Below, piece by piece: positions 39,606 through 49,217 of a DNA stretch of 64,000 nt. The DNA comes from an uncultured candidate division Zixibacteria bacterium (GTDB lineage: Bacteria; Zixibacteria; MSB-5A5; UBA10806). The notes below the pieces were generated by a model that was given only the letters and a program-made list of their open reading frames with translations, did not search any database and was not told where the DNA came from. Positions within the stretch are counted from its first letter, which is position 1. Every line of letters starts with the position of its first letter. The DNA lies in contig CAWFQL010000011.1 in the NCBI GenBank assembly GCA_963817915.1, positions 160,001 through 224,000 of the forward strand. The letters run 5' to 3'. The position numbers were made by a program, and so were the translations under genes.

Positions 39606-39938
39606 ATGAATATTTCCACGAAAGTCGATGGCGACGTTGCGATTCTTGATCTGGCGGGTAGATTGGATCTGTCCAGCGCCTCGGATCTTAAAGACGCCTC
39701 GAAAACATATATAGGAAAACCAAACTGCAAATTGATATTCAATATGGAAAAAGTGGATTTTATCAATAGCTCCGGTCTTGGCGCCCTCGTATCTATTCTC
39801 AAGGATGTCAGAACATCCAAGGGGAAAATGAAATTGACAAATCTCGCTCCTTACGTCAAAGAGATTTTCGATATCACTCAGCTTTCGAATATATTCGATA
39901 TTTGCCAGACTGTGGACCAGGCAAAGAAAACCTATTAG
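39606..39938 (+). CDS. STAS anti-anti-sigma factor (RsbV-like)
   Basis: GRLD, VDFINSSGLGALV, VKEIFDITQL. Confidence 0.92.
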   Translation: MNISTKVDGDVAILDLAGRLDLSSASDLKDASKTYIGKPNCKLIFNMEKVDFINSSGLGALVSILKDVRTSKGKMKLTNLAPYVKEIFDITQLSNIFDICQTVDQAKKTY

Positions 39939-40071
39939 GTCTATTTAACCGTTTGCTGACAATCAATCCTGATAATGAAATTATCGGCCGATGCCGATAA
40001 TAATAATGTCGGCAGTCACGTTATTGAATCTTCTTCATTGAACTTCTCGACATGCTTAGAGGATGGATTAA

Positions 40072-40677
40072 TTGGAAAGAGATATCGAATTAAAAAATAA
40101 TCCGGCAATATCCGAGGGCATTCCCAGAAAAACTGATCTCGCTTCGATAATGATTGTCGATGACGAAAGTTTCGTTCTTGAGCTTTTGACCGAATTTCTG
40201 CGCGATGAGGGATACAAGGTGTTTTCCGCGACATCCGGCGAAGAAGCGATCACCCATATGCGTTCTGTCCAAGTCGATATCATTTTGATCGATTTCAAGA
40301 TGAGCGGAATGGATGGCCTGCAGACCGTAGAGCAGATAACCGAAATAGATCCCGACGCCGTGGCCATTCTAATGACCGGCTTTCCAACACTCGATACATC
40401 AATCAAAGCTATCAAAACAGGCATTTCGGACTATATTTTAAAGCCCTTCAAGCTCGATGAGGTCAGCTTCTCGGTGAAAAAAGCTATCAAAGAACACGAA
40501 TTGCGAATCGAGATGAAAAATCTCAAACGACGAGTTTCGGAGCTCGAAAAGAATATCAGCGAAAAGAAGGAATCAATAAAGATAAATCACAATATCGGAG
40601 TAATCACCACTCTCGAAGGATATTCCACGAAAATCATGGGCCATGATGAATCTTCCGCCGATGACTCGAAGAAGTAA
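40072..40677 (+). CDS. Response regulator (REC + coiled coil, no clear output domain)
   Basis: IVDDE, IDFKMSGMDG, LMTG, DYILKPF. Confidence 0.85.
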   Translation: MERDIELKNNPAISEGIPRKTDLASIMIVDDESFVLELLTEFLRDEGYKVFSATSGEEAITHMRSVQVDIILIDFKMSGMDGLQTVEQITEIDPDAVAILMTGFPTLDTSIKAIKTGISDYILKPFKLDEVSFSVKKAIKEHELRIEMKNLKRRVSELEKNISEKKESIKINHNIGVITTLEGYSTKIMGHDESSADDSKK

Positions 40678-40758
40678 GCAACGCGCATATAGACCTACAT
40701 GACCATTTAATTCAAATGATATTTCTTTGGTTGTAATTGAAATCTTGATAGATTTAGG

Positions 40759-42039
40759 TTGAAAAATTATTTATATATGGTACAATCGATCGTTATGGGG
40801 AAAAAAGACGACGAATTGATGCGCCTGAAAAAACTTGCAGAATCCTTTACTTCGATGGACAGCCTTACGCGTTCTATTAATAATTCCTATTCACAAATGG
40901 AGACTAAATTTGCGGATGTCAACGCCAGGTTGGCGCATGTCAATGAGCTTCTTCGCCAATCACTCGATGATAGAAATCGTTTGGCCCATTATCTTAGCAA
41001 TATCCTCGAAAGCCTAAATTCCGGTGTAATAGTTACGGATCATGTTGGCATTATAACTGTTTTCAATTCCGCCGCCGAGAAATTAACCGGTATTTCCGCT
41101 GAATCGGCGTTAGGGAAGAAGTATATGGATATTTTTGGGCCGGAATGCGCTGGAAAGATTCAAGACATCCTCGAAGGCAAAAAAGAAAATATTTCCGGCG
41201 AAAAGATATTCAAGTCTTCGAGCGGTAATTCGGTGCCGGTGGCCTATTCGATAACACGCCTTCGTGACGATACTAATATCCAGCAAACCGGAATTGTCGA
41301 AATATTCTATGATCTTACAGAATTCAAGGCGCTCGAAGATAATCTTAAACGAATTTCGACATTGGCCGCTTTAGGAGAAATGGCGGCTACCGTGGCGCAT
41401 GAGATCCGAAATCCGGTGGCAGGCATTGCGGGATTTACCGCGCTTTTGATGAAAGACCTTGCCGATGACCCCGATAAGCTTCGGCTTGTTGAGAAAATCA
41501 GTAGGGGAGTAGCCTCGCTAAATGCCATAGTCGGGAATCTCTTGGATTATACACGATCCGTAATTTTGAATAAATCAGAAGTCGACCCGGAGCCTATAAT
41601 AGAAGAAACAATTCATGACCTCAAGACCGATGTCAAATTGGAAAATCATAAAATTAAAATTGAAAAGGCATCGAAGCATTTGCATATCAATGCCGATCCC
41701 TTTCTATTCCGCCAAATAGTATTCAATCTTATCAAAAACGCTCTCCAGGCCAGCCCCAATGGCGGCAGGATATGGATTTCAATGGATGGCGGATCGTCAA
41801 AGGGATTCACTCTGAGTGTATCGGATGACGGTCCCGGTATACCCGATAATGTAGGACAAAAATTATTTACGCCATTTTACACGACCAAAACAAATGGCAC
41901 TGGTCTGGGTTTAGCCACAGTAAAAAAGCTGACCGAGCTTCACGGCGGTAAAATTTCCTTCAAGAATCGTCTTGGGGGAGGAGCCGTTTTTACTGTGGAG
42001 ATACCGGGAGTAAAAGAAGGAGAATCGAATGAAAGCTAA
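40759..42039 (+). CDS. Cytoplasmic PAS histidine kinase (FleS/FlgS-like)
   Basis: Coiled coil, PAS, VAHEIRNP, DDGPG, GTGLGL; no TM; precedes a sigma54 activator and flagellar genes. Confidence 0.88.
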   Translation: MKNYLYMVQSIVMGKKDDELMRLKKLAESFTSMDSLTRSINNSYSQMETKFADVNARLAHVNELLRQSLDDRNRLAHYLSNILESLNSGVIVTDHVGIITVFNSAAEKLTGISAESALGKKYMDIFGPECAGKIQDILEGKKENISGEKIFKSSSGNSVPVAYSITRLRDDTNIQQTGIVEIFYDLTEFKALEDNLKRISTLAALGEMAATVAHEIRNPVAGIAGFTALLMKDLADDPDKLRLVEKISRGVASLNAIVGNLLDYTRSVILNKSEVDPEPIIEETIHDLKTDVKLENHKIKIEKASKHLHINADPFLFRQIVFNLIKNALQASPNGGRIWISMDGGSSKGFTLSVSDDGPGIPDNVGQKLFTPFYTTKTNGTGLGLATVKKLTELHGGKISFKNRLGGGAVFTVEIPGVKEGESNES

Positions 42040-43381
42040 GATATTGATTGTTGACGATGAACCGATTGTCCGCGAATTTATAACAGAAGTGCTGATCAGA
42101 ATCGGGTATGCTCCGCTGTCAGTCGAAAGCGGCGAGCAGGCGCTTGAATATTTGAATCGAAGCGAATTCGATCTCGTAATTACCGATTTCAAAATGCCGG
42201 GCATCTCCGGCACCGATTTGATGCAAAGGACCCTAGAATTATGGCCGGATTGCAGAATTATTATTATTACAGCGTTTGGCACTATTGAGCATGCTGTCAA
42301 TGCCATCAAATTGGGTGCGCACGATTATATTACAAAACCTATCAGCCCCGACCATATCGAAATGGTAGTCTCGAAAGCCCTTGAGTATAAGACACTGCGC
42401 ATAGAGAATCGGATGTTAAAAAGAGAAATCAGTGATAAGTATTCATTTGAAAATATAATCGGCAAGTCAGATTGTATGATGAAGGTCTTTGAGCTTATCC
42501 GCCGAGCCAGCCCTTCGGATTCGACTATACTCATAAATGGCGAATCCGGAACCGGAAAAGAATTGGTGGCCAAGGCTATTCATTATAATTCTCCCCGAAT
42601 CAATGGGCCGTTCGTGAAAATGAACTGTGCCGCTCTCCCCGAAGGTCTTATTGAATCAGAACTTTTCGGCCATGAAAGAGGCGCGTTTACCGGCGCTATT
42701 CGCTCTACGAGGGGAAGATTCGAACTTGCCGACGGCGGAACCCTGCTTCTCGATGAAATCTCGGAAATTCCTCCCGCGCTGCAGGCGAAACTCTTAAGAG
42801 TACTTCAAGAAAAGGAATTCGAGCGGATCGGCTCCGGTCAGACTATTAAGACCGATGTTCGCGTGATAGCAACATCCAATCGCGATCTGAAATCTGAAAT
42901 CGCCAACGGGAGATTCCGGGACGATCTTTATTACCGTTTGAATGTTATACCAATCGATCTCCCTCCATTAAGACAGAGGCAGGAAGATATTCCCATATTA
43001 TGCGAATTTTTCCTCAATAAATATTGCCAGAAAATTGGAGTCCCGACAAAATCCTTATCCGACAAGGTTAAGGAATTATTTTTGAGCTATTCCTGGCCCG
43101 GCAATATTAGAGAACTGGAAAATGTTATCGAAAGAGCCGCGGTTATTTCCCGCAATCAGGAATTGAAAGTTTCCGATTTTCCCAATGATATAATTTCGGG
43201 TGTTCCAGATATACCGTCAAAAAATCTCGATTCAGGTATTACAATCGATGCTGCCGAGAGAGTTCTGATTCTCAGGACCTTAAAAGCTCATTCCGGCAAC
43301 AAAACCAAAGCCGCCGAAGCGCTGGGAATTAGCGCCCGGACATTGCGGAATAAATTGCAGGAATACGGCCAGAACGATTAG
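42029..43381 (+). CDS. sigma54-dependent response regulator (FleR/FlgR/NtrC family)
   Basis: REC, GESGTGKE, GAFTGA, LLDEI, WPGNIRELEN, Fis-type HTH. Confidence 0.93.
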   Translation: MKAKILIVDDEPIVREFITEVLIRIGYAPLSVESGEQALEYLNRSEFDLVITDFKMPGISGTDLMQRTLELWPDCRIIIITAFGTIEHAVNAIKLGAHDYITKPISPDHIEMVVSKALEYKTLRIENRMLKREISDKYSFENIIGKSDCMMKVFELIRRASPSDSTILINGESGTGKELVAKAIHYNSPRINGPFVKMNCAALPEGLIESELFGHERGAFTGAIRSTRGRFELADGGTLLLDEISEIPPALQAKLLRVLQEKEFERIGSGQTIKTDVRVIATSNRDLKSEIANGRFRDDLYYRLNVIPIDLPPLRQRQEDIPILCEFFLNKYCQKIGVPTKSLSDKVKELFLSYSWPGNIRELENVIERAAVISRNQELKVSDFPNDIISGVPDIPSKNLDSGITIDAAERVLILRTLKAHSGNKTKAAEALGISARTLRNKLQEYGQND

Positions 43382-43461
43382 GCTGATTAGCCTTACAGCA
43401 AATATATAGTATTTATACCCAAATCTACCCGATTCAAATTTAAACATTTTATTTATATAGT

Positions 43462-43488
43462 TAAAACAGACCTATAGCCTGCCGATAC
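43462..43488 (+). promoter_or_regulatory. sigma28 promoter of motAB
   Basis: TAAA-N15-GCCGATAC. Confidence 0.8.
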
Positions 43489-43516
43489 AGTAGTAAAAAG
43501 GAGATTTAGTTAGCAA

Positions 43517-44278
43517 ATGGATATTGCAACTGTTGCCGGTCTTTTAATCGGTGTTGGCGCCGTAGTCTTGTCATATATAATGGAAGGCGGAGCTCTGTCA
43601 GCGGTCCTCCAATTGCCTGCCATGATATTGGTGATCGGTGGGACATTTGGAGCGGCAACTATAACGACATCCATCAAAACTCTCACGAATCTGCCTAATC
43701 TAATAAGAATTTCGCTATTTCAAAAAGCGGAAGATCCGCTCGAATTAATTAATAAAATTGTCGCTCTTGCTGAAAAAGCTCGGCGCGAGGGAATTCTCGG
43801 ACTTGAATCAGACCTGCAGAAAACTCATAATCCATTTTTCCGCAAAGCTATTCAACTTGTCATAGATGGTACCGAAGTTACGGTACTTAGAAATATCCTT
43901 GAGACGGAAATGGCCTATATCTCCGAACGGCATAAAACCGGCCAGTCCTACTTTCAAAAGCTCGGCGGTTTTTCTCCCACACTCGGGATTATAGGCACAG
44001 TATTAGGTTTGATAAATACCCTGGGTAATACTGAGGACGCTTCCAAAATGGCGCCTCATATCGCCGGGGCATTTATCGCCACACTATGGGGAGTTTCGTT
44101 GGCAAACCTGCTTTACCTTCCGATCAGCGATAAGCTTAAATATCGCAATGTCGAAGAAATGGAAAGCCTCGAACTAATTATCGAAGGCGTGATTTCTATT
44201 CAATCCGGCGAAAATCCCAGAGTAATAAGAACCAAGCTCCTCTCATTTGTGACTCCTAAAGCCCGAATGGAGTCCTAG
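43517..44278 (+). CDS. motA: Flagellar stator MotA
   Basis: ARREGILGLE, PTLGIIGTVLGLI, GENP. Confidence 0.95.
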   Translation: MDIATVAGLLIGVGAVVLSYIMEGGALSAVLQLPAMILVIGGTFGAATITTSIKTLTNLPNLIRISLFQKAEDPLELINKIVALAEKARREGILGLESDLQKTHNPFFRKAIQLVIDGTEVTVLRNILETEMAYISERHKTGQSYFQKLGGFSPTLGIIGTVLGLINTLGNTEDASKMAPHIAGAFIATLWGVSLANLLYLPISDKLKYRNVEEMESLELIIEGVISIQSGENPRVIRTKLLSFVTPKARMES

Positions 44279-44280
44279 TC

Positions 44281-45081
44281 ATGCCCCGAAAATCCAAAGG
44301 TGAAGGAGAGCACGAGAATCTCGAACGTTGGCTCCTGACTTACGCGGATTTGATCACATTGCTGTTGGCATTTTTTATCGTCATGTACTCGATGTCAAAA
44401 ATCGACGCCAAGAAATTCGGCCAGATGACCGAAGCTTTAAATACGATTCTCCGCGGCAGAGGAACTTCGGTATTAAAAGGGCAGGCCAATTTCACTAATC
44501 TGGACGGCGGCGGCGGGGCTATGAAAATCGGCGATTTAATGGTAATACAGGAAAAAATCAATAAGATGGCTGCCGAAAGAGGTTTGGGCGATAAAATCAA
44601 AGCCTCCATGGAAAAACGCGGCCTTATTATTCATATCTCCGAATCGGCATTTTTTGATCTCGGTTCCGCTGACCTGAAACCCCAGGCGCTTGATGTTTTG
44701 AATATCATCACAGATATGCTACTGGAAATTCCTAATGATGTTCGTGTCGAAGGGCATACAGATAACACTCCAATTAAATACGGCAAGAGATATCCGTCGA
44801 ATTGGGAATTATCAGTAACTCGCGCTACTAACTGTGTCAGATATATGATCGATTCGCGAAAATTTCCTCCAATGAAGATTTCTGCCCTGGGCTATAGCGA
44901 ATACAGGCCCATCGCTACAAATGACACGGAAGTCGGGCGATCCCGAAACCGCCGTGTCGATATCGTGGTGTTATCGTGGGATAGCAAAAAGGATGAACCA
45001 TCGGCCAGCCCAGAAGATATTTCTCAAATTCCGGAAAAAAATTCCAACTCAAAGGATTCGACATCTAAGGCCACCGATTAG
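44281..45081 (+). CDS. motB: Flagellar stator MotB
   Basis: WLLTYADLITLLLAFF, GHTDN, NWELS, NRRVDI. Confidence 0.95.
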   Translation: MPRKSKGEGEHENLERWLLTYADLITLLLAFFIVMYSMSKIDAKKFGQMTEALNTILRGRGTSVLKGQANFTNLDGGGGAMKIGDLMVIQEKINKMAAERGLGDKIKASMEKRGLIIHISESAFFDLGSADLKPQALDVLNIITDMLLEIPNDVRVEGHTDNTPIKYGKRYPSNWELSVTRATNCVRYMIDSRKFPPMKISALGYSEYRPIATNDTEVGRSRNRRVDIVVLSWDSKKDEPSASPEDISQIPEKNSNSKDSTSKATD

Positions 45082-45141
45082 ATCGCCTCGTAACATGATA
45101 TAAAATAACCACTTACATCATTATATCCGAATTACCCGTAA

Positions 45142-45156
45142 TGGCATGGGCTTTGC
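45142..45156 (+). promoter_or_regulatory. sigma54 promoter of the flgB operon
   Basis: TGGCATGGGCTTTGC. Confidence 0.8.
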
Positions 45157-45182
45157 TGAATGAATGTCGGGAGTTATGGAAT

Positions 45183-45599
45183 ATGATGATTAAAAACAAA
45201 ATTTTCGATCAATCAGGAATCTCGTTTTATCAGCAGATACTAAAGGTATCCTCCGCCGCCGGTAAAACAACAGCCGCCAATATCGCCAATGTTGGCACTC
45301 AAGGCTATGATGCTAAATCGGTTGACTTCAAAGAAGAAATGAAAAACTTCCTTTCAACTCAAAAACATATTGCGCCAATTGCAACCGAGCCGGGCCATAT
45401 TGCGCCTCCCAAACCCAATGAAATCGTTCATATACAGGAAATTGGGGGCGACGAAAATGCATCTGGTATCAACAACGTTGATATCGAAAAAGAAATGACC
45501 AATCTGTCCGAAAGCCAGATTATTTATGAATTAGGCGCCAAGAAGGCTGCCAAGGCTTTTGGGCTATTGCGAATGGCAATAAGGGGTAAGAGCGTATGA
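45183..45599 (+). CDS. flgB: Flagellar rod protein FlgB
   Basis: ANIANVGTQGY, NNVDIEKEM; start moved downstream of the promoter and GGGAG RBS. Confidence 0.9.
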   Translation: MMIKNKIFDQSGISFYQQILKVSSAAGKTTAANIANVGTQGYDAKSVDFKEEMKNFLSTQKHIAPIATEPGHIAPPKPNEIVHIQEIGGDENASGINNVDIEKEMTNLSESQIIYELGAKKAAKAFGLLRMAIRGKSV

Positions 45600-46090
45600 G
45601 CGGAGTATTTGGGATTCTCGATGTAAGCGCGTCGGGTCTTTCGGCTCAAAGAAGAAAGCTGAATGCCGTCGCCGATAATATCGCCAATGTCGAAACAACC
45701 AATACGCCCGAGGGCGGTCCATATAGAAGAAAACAAGTTATCTTCAGTGAGGATAATCCGGGTGGCACTTTCATAGAGAATCTTAGCAACGCCGCGATGG
45801 AGCTCGATAGGACCGATTACCGGCATTTCGGAAATTCCGAGCCCAATATTTCTGTAAATAATGAAATCCCGGCAGTGGAATCCGAAGAAGTGCGTATCGA
45901 ACCGGAATCATTTAAAATGATTTATGATCCCACTCATCCCGATGCCGATGCAAACGGGTATGTTGCCATGCCCGATATAAATATTATTTCTGAAATGGTA
46001 GAGATGATGACAGCAAGCAGGGCTTATGAGGCCAATGTCTCCGTAACAAGAGCGGCCAAAGCCATGTATAAGGAAGCTTTAAACATTTGA
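45596..46090 (+). CDS. flgC: Flagellar rod protein FlgC
   Basis: NIANVETT..GGPYRRK, YDPTHPDA, ASRAYEAN. Confidence 0.95.
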   Translation: MSGVFGILDVSASGLSAQRRKLNAVADNIANVETTNTPEGGPYRRKQVIFSEDNPGGTFIENLSNAAMELDRTDYRHFGNSEPNISVNNEIPAVESEEVRIEPESFKMIYDPTHPDADANGYVAMPDINIISEMVEMMTASRAYEANVSVTRAAKAMYKEALNI

Positions 46091-46097
46091 GGTAGCC

Positions 46098-46355
46098 ATG
46101 AAAATCGAATTGCTATCAGGCGCGACCTATTTTCCATCGAGGGTGACGCCTAATTCGAAAATTGACAACGAACAGAAAGTACCGGAGCAAAAAGCGGCCG
46201 GCAGCAAAGAGCAGTTCAAAAATTTCCTTTTGGAAAACCTTTCCCCGAAAGAATCCGGCGCGATTCAAAAGCTTTTTGGTGAAATCCAGGCCAGGGAAAA
46301 CAATAAAGCGGTATCGGCAATTCCGCTCGGAAGCCTGATAGATATCACATTGTAA
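46098..46355 (+). CDS. Small hypothetical flagellar-operon protein
   Basis: GAGG RBS, coupled to fliE, ends LGSLIDITL. Confidence 0.7.
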   Translation: MKIELLSGATYFPSRVTPNSKIDNEQKVPEQKAAGSKEQFKNFLLENLSPKESGAIQKLFGEIQARENNKAVSAIPLGSLIDITL

Positions 46356-46657
46356 TGACTAAGATATTACCAGGTTATCAGCAATTTAGCCTGCCGGATT
46401 TGCAGGGCAAAAAGATTGAAGTAGGCAATGCCGATTCTCCGTCATTCTTACAGGTCTTCAAAGATATGGTCAATGAGACCAACCAGCTTCAAACCGACGC
46501 CTCCGATATCGCCCAGAAATTCGCGCTGGGACAGGTATCTGACATTCATGATGTCATGATAGCGGCGGAAAAAGCCGGTGTATCATTCGAATTGGTAATG
46601 GAAATTAGAAATAAATTGATCGAAGCTTACCAGGAAATAATGAGAATGCAGGTATAA
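46355..46657 (+). CDS. fliE: Hook-basal body protein FliE
   Basis: DIHDVMIAAEKA, IRNKLIEAYQEIMRMQV. Confidence 0.95.
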   Translation: MTKILPGYQQFSLPDLQGKKIEVGNADSPSFLQVFKDMVNETNQLQTDASDIAQKFALGQVSDIHDVMIAAEKAGVSFELVMEIRNKLIEAYQEIMRMQV

Positions 46658-46658
46658 T

Positions 46659-48197
46659 ATGAATCAAATTTCCGCCTACATTAAAGAGCAAATAAAACCA
46701 TGGTGGGACGCCCTGGATAAAACGTCCAGGATGACATATCTGCTGCTCACTGCGGCCGCCCTGATAGCCCTGGTGATAACCTCAGTATTCATGCTGAGGC
46801 CCCAATACGAGACATTATACACTGGCCTGGACCCCGCGGAAGCCGGGCAGGTCGTGGAGAGACTTAAAGAAGGCAAAATACCCTACAGGCTTGAAAATGG
46901 CGGCACTACTATTGACGTTGCCAGAAAAAGTATTTACGATGTCCGTTTGCAGATGGCATCGGAGGGTTTGCCTCGTTCTGGCACTGTCGGCTACGAGATT
47001 TTCGATAAATCCAACTTAGGCATGACCGATTTTCTGCAGAAAGTCAATTACCGGCGTGCTCTGGAAGGCGAAATTTCAAAATCAATTTCCAGTATTCGCG
47101 AAGTAAAATCTGCGAGAGTCCATCTCGTTATTCCGGAACCTCGCCTATTCAAAGAAGATAATAAAGATGCCACGGCATCGGTGATCTTAAACCTTGCGGG
47201 AGCGAGATCGATATCCCAAAGACAGGTCGAGGGTATAGCCTATTTGGTGGCCTCGTCGGTTGAGGGATTAAATCCTGATAACGTCACGATTCTTGATTCC
47301 AATGGTCGATTGCTTTCCGAGAAAAAATACGGCGATCAAATTGGTTCGCTATCGTCATCTCAGCTCGATCTGCGCAAGAATGTCGAGACTTATCTTGAGG
47401 CCAAAGCTCGATCGATGCTTGATCCGGTGATCGGCATGGGGAAATCTGTGGTTACAGTGGCCGCGGACCTGAATTTCGAGCAGGTTGAAAAGAATATTGA
47501 AAGCTATGATCCTGATAATACAGTAGTCAGATCAGAAGAAAAAAATACCGAGAAATCATCTGAATCCAATGCCAAAACCGACGGACTTGGCAAGACAGTA
47601 AGCAATTCCAAGGAAAACACTGTCACCAATTATGAAGTTACAAAGACCCTTCAGCATGTTGTGAGCCAAATAGGCAATATCCAAAGACTATGGGTCGCCG
47701 TAGTGGTTGATGGTGTCTATAAGGTGCCAGCCGGGGGAGATGTCAAAGGCGAAAAACAATATGCTCCCCGTTCACAGGAAGACCTTGATAAAATTACAGG
47801 TATCGTAAAAAGCGCCGTTGGATTTGTATCCGAGCGCAATGATATTATCGAGGTTGCCAATGTGCCATTTGAGAATAACCAGGAGGTCGAAGTTACCGAG
47901 GGGTATTTCTCACAAGATAGAATTGATAATTGGATTGCGATCGCTATTAAGCTGGCGATATTCGCGATCGTAATTATGATACTCATGAAAGCCCGAAAAA
48001 GCTACAGCGCCTTCATGAAACGACAAAAAATCGAATCTCAGCGCAAACAAGCGTTGGAAGAATCGCTTCGCCAACAGCAGGAATTGATGCCTAAATTGAA
48101 AAATGAACCTCAACTTGTCGATCACCTCAGGGCCATCGCCGATGAAAAACCTGAAGAAGTCGCGAAGGTGATAAGAACTATGATGGTAGAGGCATAA
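46659..48197 (+). CDS. fliF: MS-ring protein FliF
   Basis: GYEIFD, RALEGEI, ARVHLVIP, two TM helices. Confidence 0.95.
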   Translation: MNQISAYIKEQIKPWWDALDKTSRMTYLLLTAAALIALVITSVFMLRPQYETLYTGLDPAEAGQVVERLKEGKIPYRLENGGTTIDVARKSIYDVRLQMASEGLPRSGTVGYEIFDKSNLGMTDFLQKVNYRRALEGEISKSISSIREVKSARVHLVIPEPRLFKEDNKDATASVILNLAGARSISQRQVEGIAYLVASSVEGLNPDNVTILDSNGRLLSEKKYGDQIGSLSSSQLDLRKNVETYLEAKARSMLDPVIGMGKSVVTVAADLNFEQVEKNIESYDPDNTVVRSEEKNTEKSSESNAKTDGLGKTVSNSKENTVTNYEVTKTLQHVVSQIGNIQRLWVAVVVDGVYKVPAGGDVKGEKQYAPRSQEDLDKITGIVKSAVGFVSERNDIIEVANVPFENNQEVEVTEGYFSQDRIDNWIAIAIKLAIFAIVIMILMKARKSYSAFMKRQKIESQRKQALEESLRQQQELMPKLKNEPQLVDHLRAIADEKPEEVAKVIRTMMVEA

Positions 48198-49217
48198 ATG
48201 CCCCCTCTTAAAATTGATGAGCTGACACAAATTCAAAAGGCCGCCATCTTATTGGTTTCCCTTGGAGCCGATGTCGCGCCAAAAATACTCAAAGAGCTCA
48301 ATGAAACCGAGATCGAGAAAATAACTCTCGAGATCGCTAACCTGAGAGATATCGCTCCGGCAATCGAGAATAAAGTATTGCGTGAAGCCTCTGATATTAT
48401 TATGGCGCAGCAATACATCACTCAAGGTGGTGTGGACTATGCCAGAAGCCTTTTGGAAAAGGCGCTCGGACGGGACAAAACCAACGACATTCTCAGAAAA
48501 CTTGAAGGATCAATCCGTCAGACCGGGTTCGGCCTTCTCAAAAATATTGATCCCAGGCAGTTAATTAATTTTATTCAAAATGAGCATCCTCAGACGATAT
48601 CCTTGATCCTGACTCAAATACCACCATCGACAGCCGCGGCGATTCTGGCCGAATTGCCGCCGGAACTGCAGTCGGATGTATCATTCAGGATAGCTACCAT
48701 GGAAAAGATTTCGCCGGATATTATCAAGGAGCTCGAAGGCGTTCTGCAGGATCAATTTGCCGATGTCGGCGACCGCGATCTATCAGTTTCCGGCGGCACT
48801 AAGATTGTCGCGGAGATACTCAACCTTTTGGAAGCTTCCGCTGAAAAAGGCATTATGGAAGCATTGGAAACCGAAAACGCCGAATTGGCAGCCGAAATTA
48901 AGAACCTGATGTTCGTATTCGAAGATATTATTCTGCTCGATAACAAATCGATTCAGCGAGTACTCAAAGAGGTGGAGACAAAAGACCTGGCTATTGCTCT
49001 CAAGGCTGCTTCGGATGAAGTAAAGCAGAAGATATTTGCCAATGTCTCCGAAAGAGTCGCCGCCATGATCAAGGAAGAAATGGAATATATGGGTCCGATG
49101 CGCCTTAGCGATGTCGAAGCCACTCAGCAGAAGGTCGTTGAGACCATCAGAAGATTGCAGGATGCCGGCCAGATCATCATTTCAGGCCGCGGCGGAAGGG
49201 AAGAGTTAGTTGTTTAA
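48198..49217 (+). CDS. fliG: Motor switch protein FliG
   Basis: KAAILL, GGVDYA, EHPQ, MFVFED, MGPMRLSDVE. Confidence 0.96.
   Translation: MPPLKIDELTQIQKAAILLVSLGADVAPKILKELNETEIEKITLEIANLRDIAPAIENKVLREASDIIMAQQYITQGGVDYARSLLEKALGRDKTNDILRKLEGSIRQTGFGLLKNIDPRQLINFIQNEHPQTISLILTQIPPSTAAAILAELPPELQSDVSFRIATMEKISPDIIKELEGVLQDQFADVGDRDLSVSGGTKIVAEILNLLEASAEKGIMEALETENAELAAEIKNLMFVFEDIILLDNKSIQRVLKEVETKDLAIALKAASDEVKQKIFANVSERVAAMIKEEMEYMGPMRLSDVEATQQKVVETIRRLQDAGQIIISGRGGREELVV

Noticed and set aside
45141..45182. ORF-track N-terminal extensions of flgB (45141) and motE (59235)
   Set aside because: They overlap the sigma54 promoters; downstream ATGs with RBS are more plausible.
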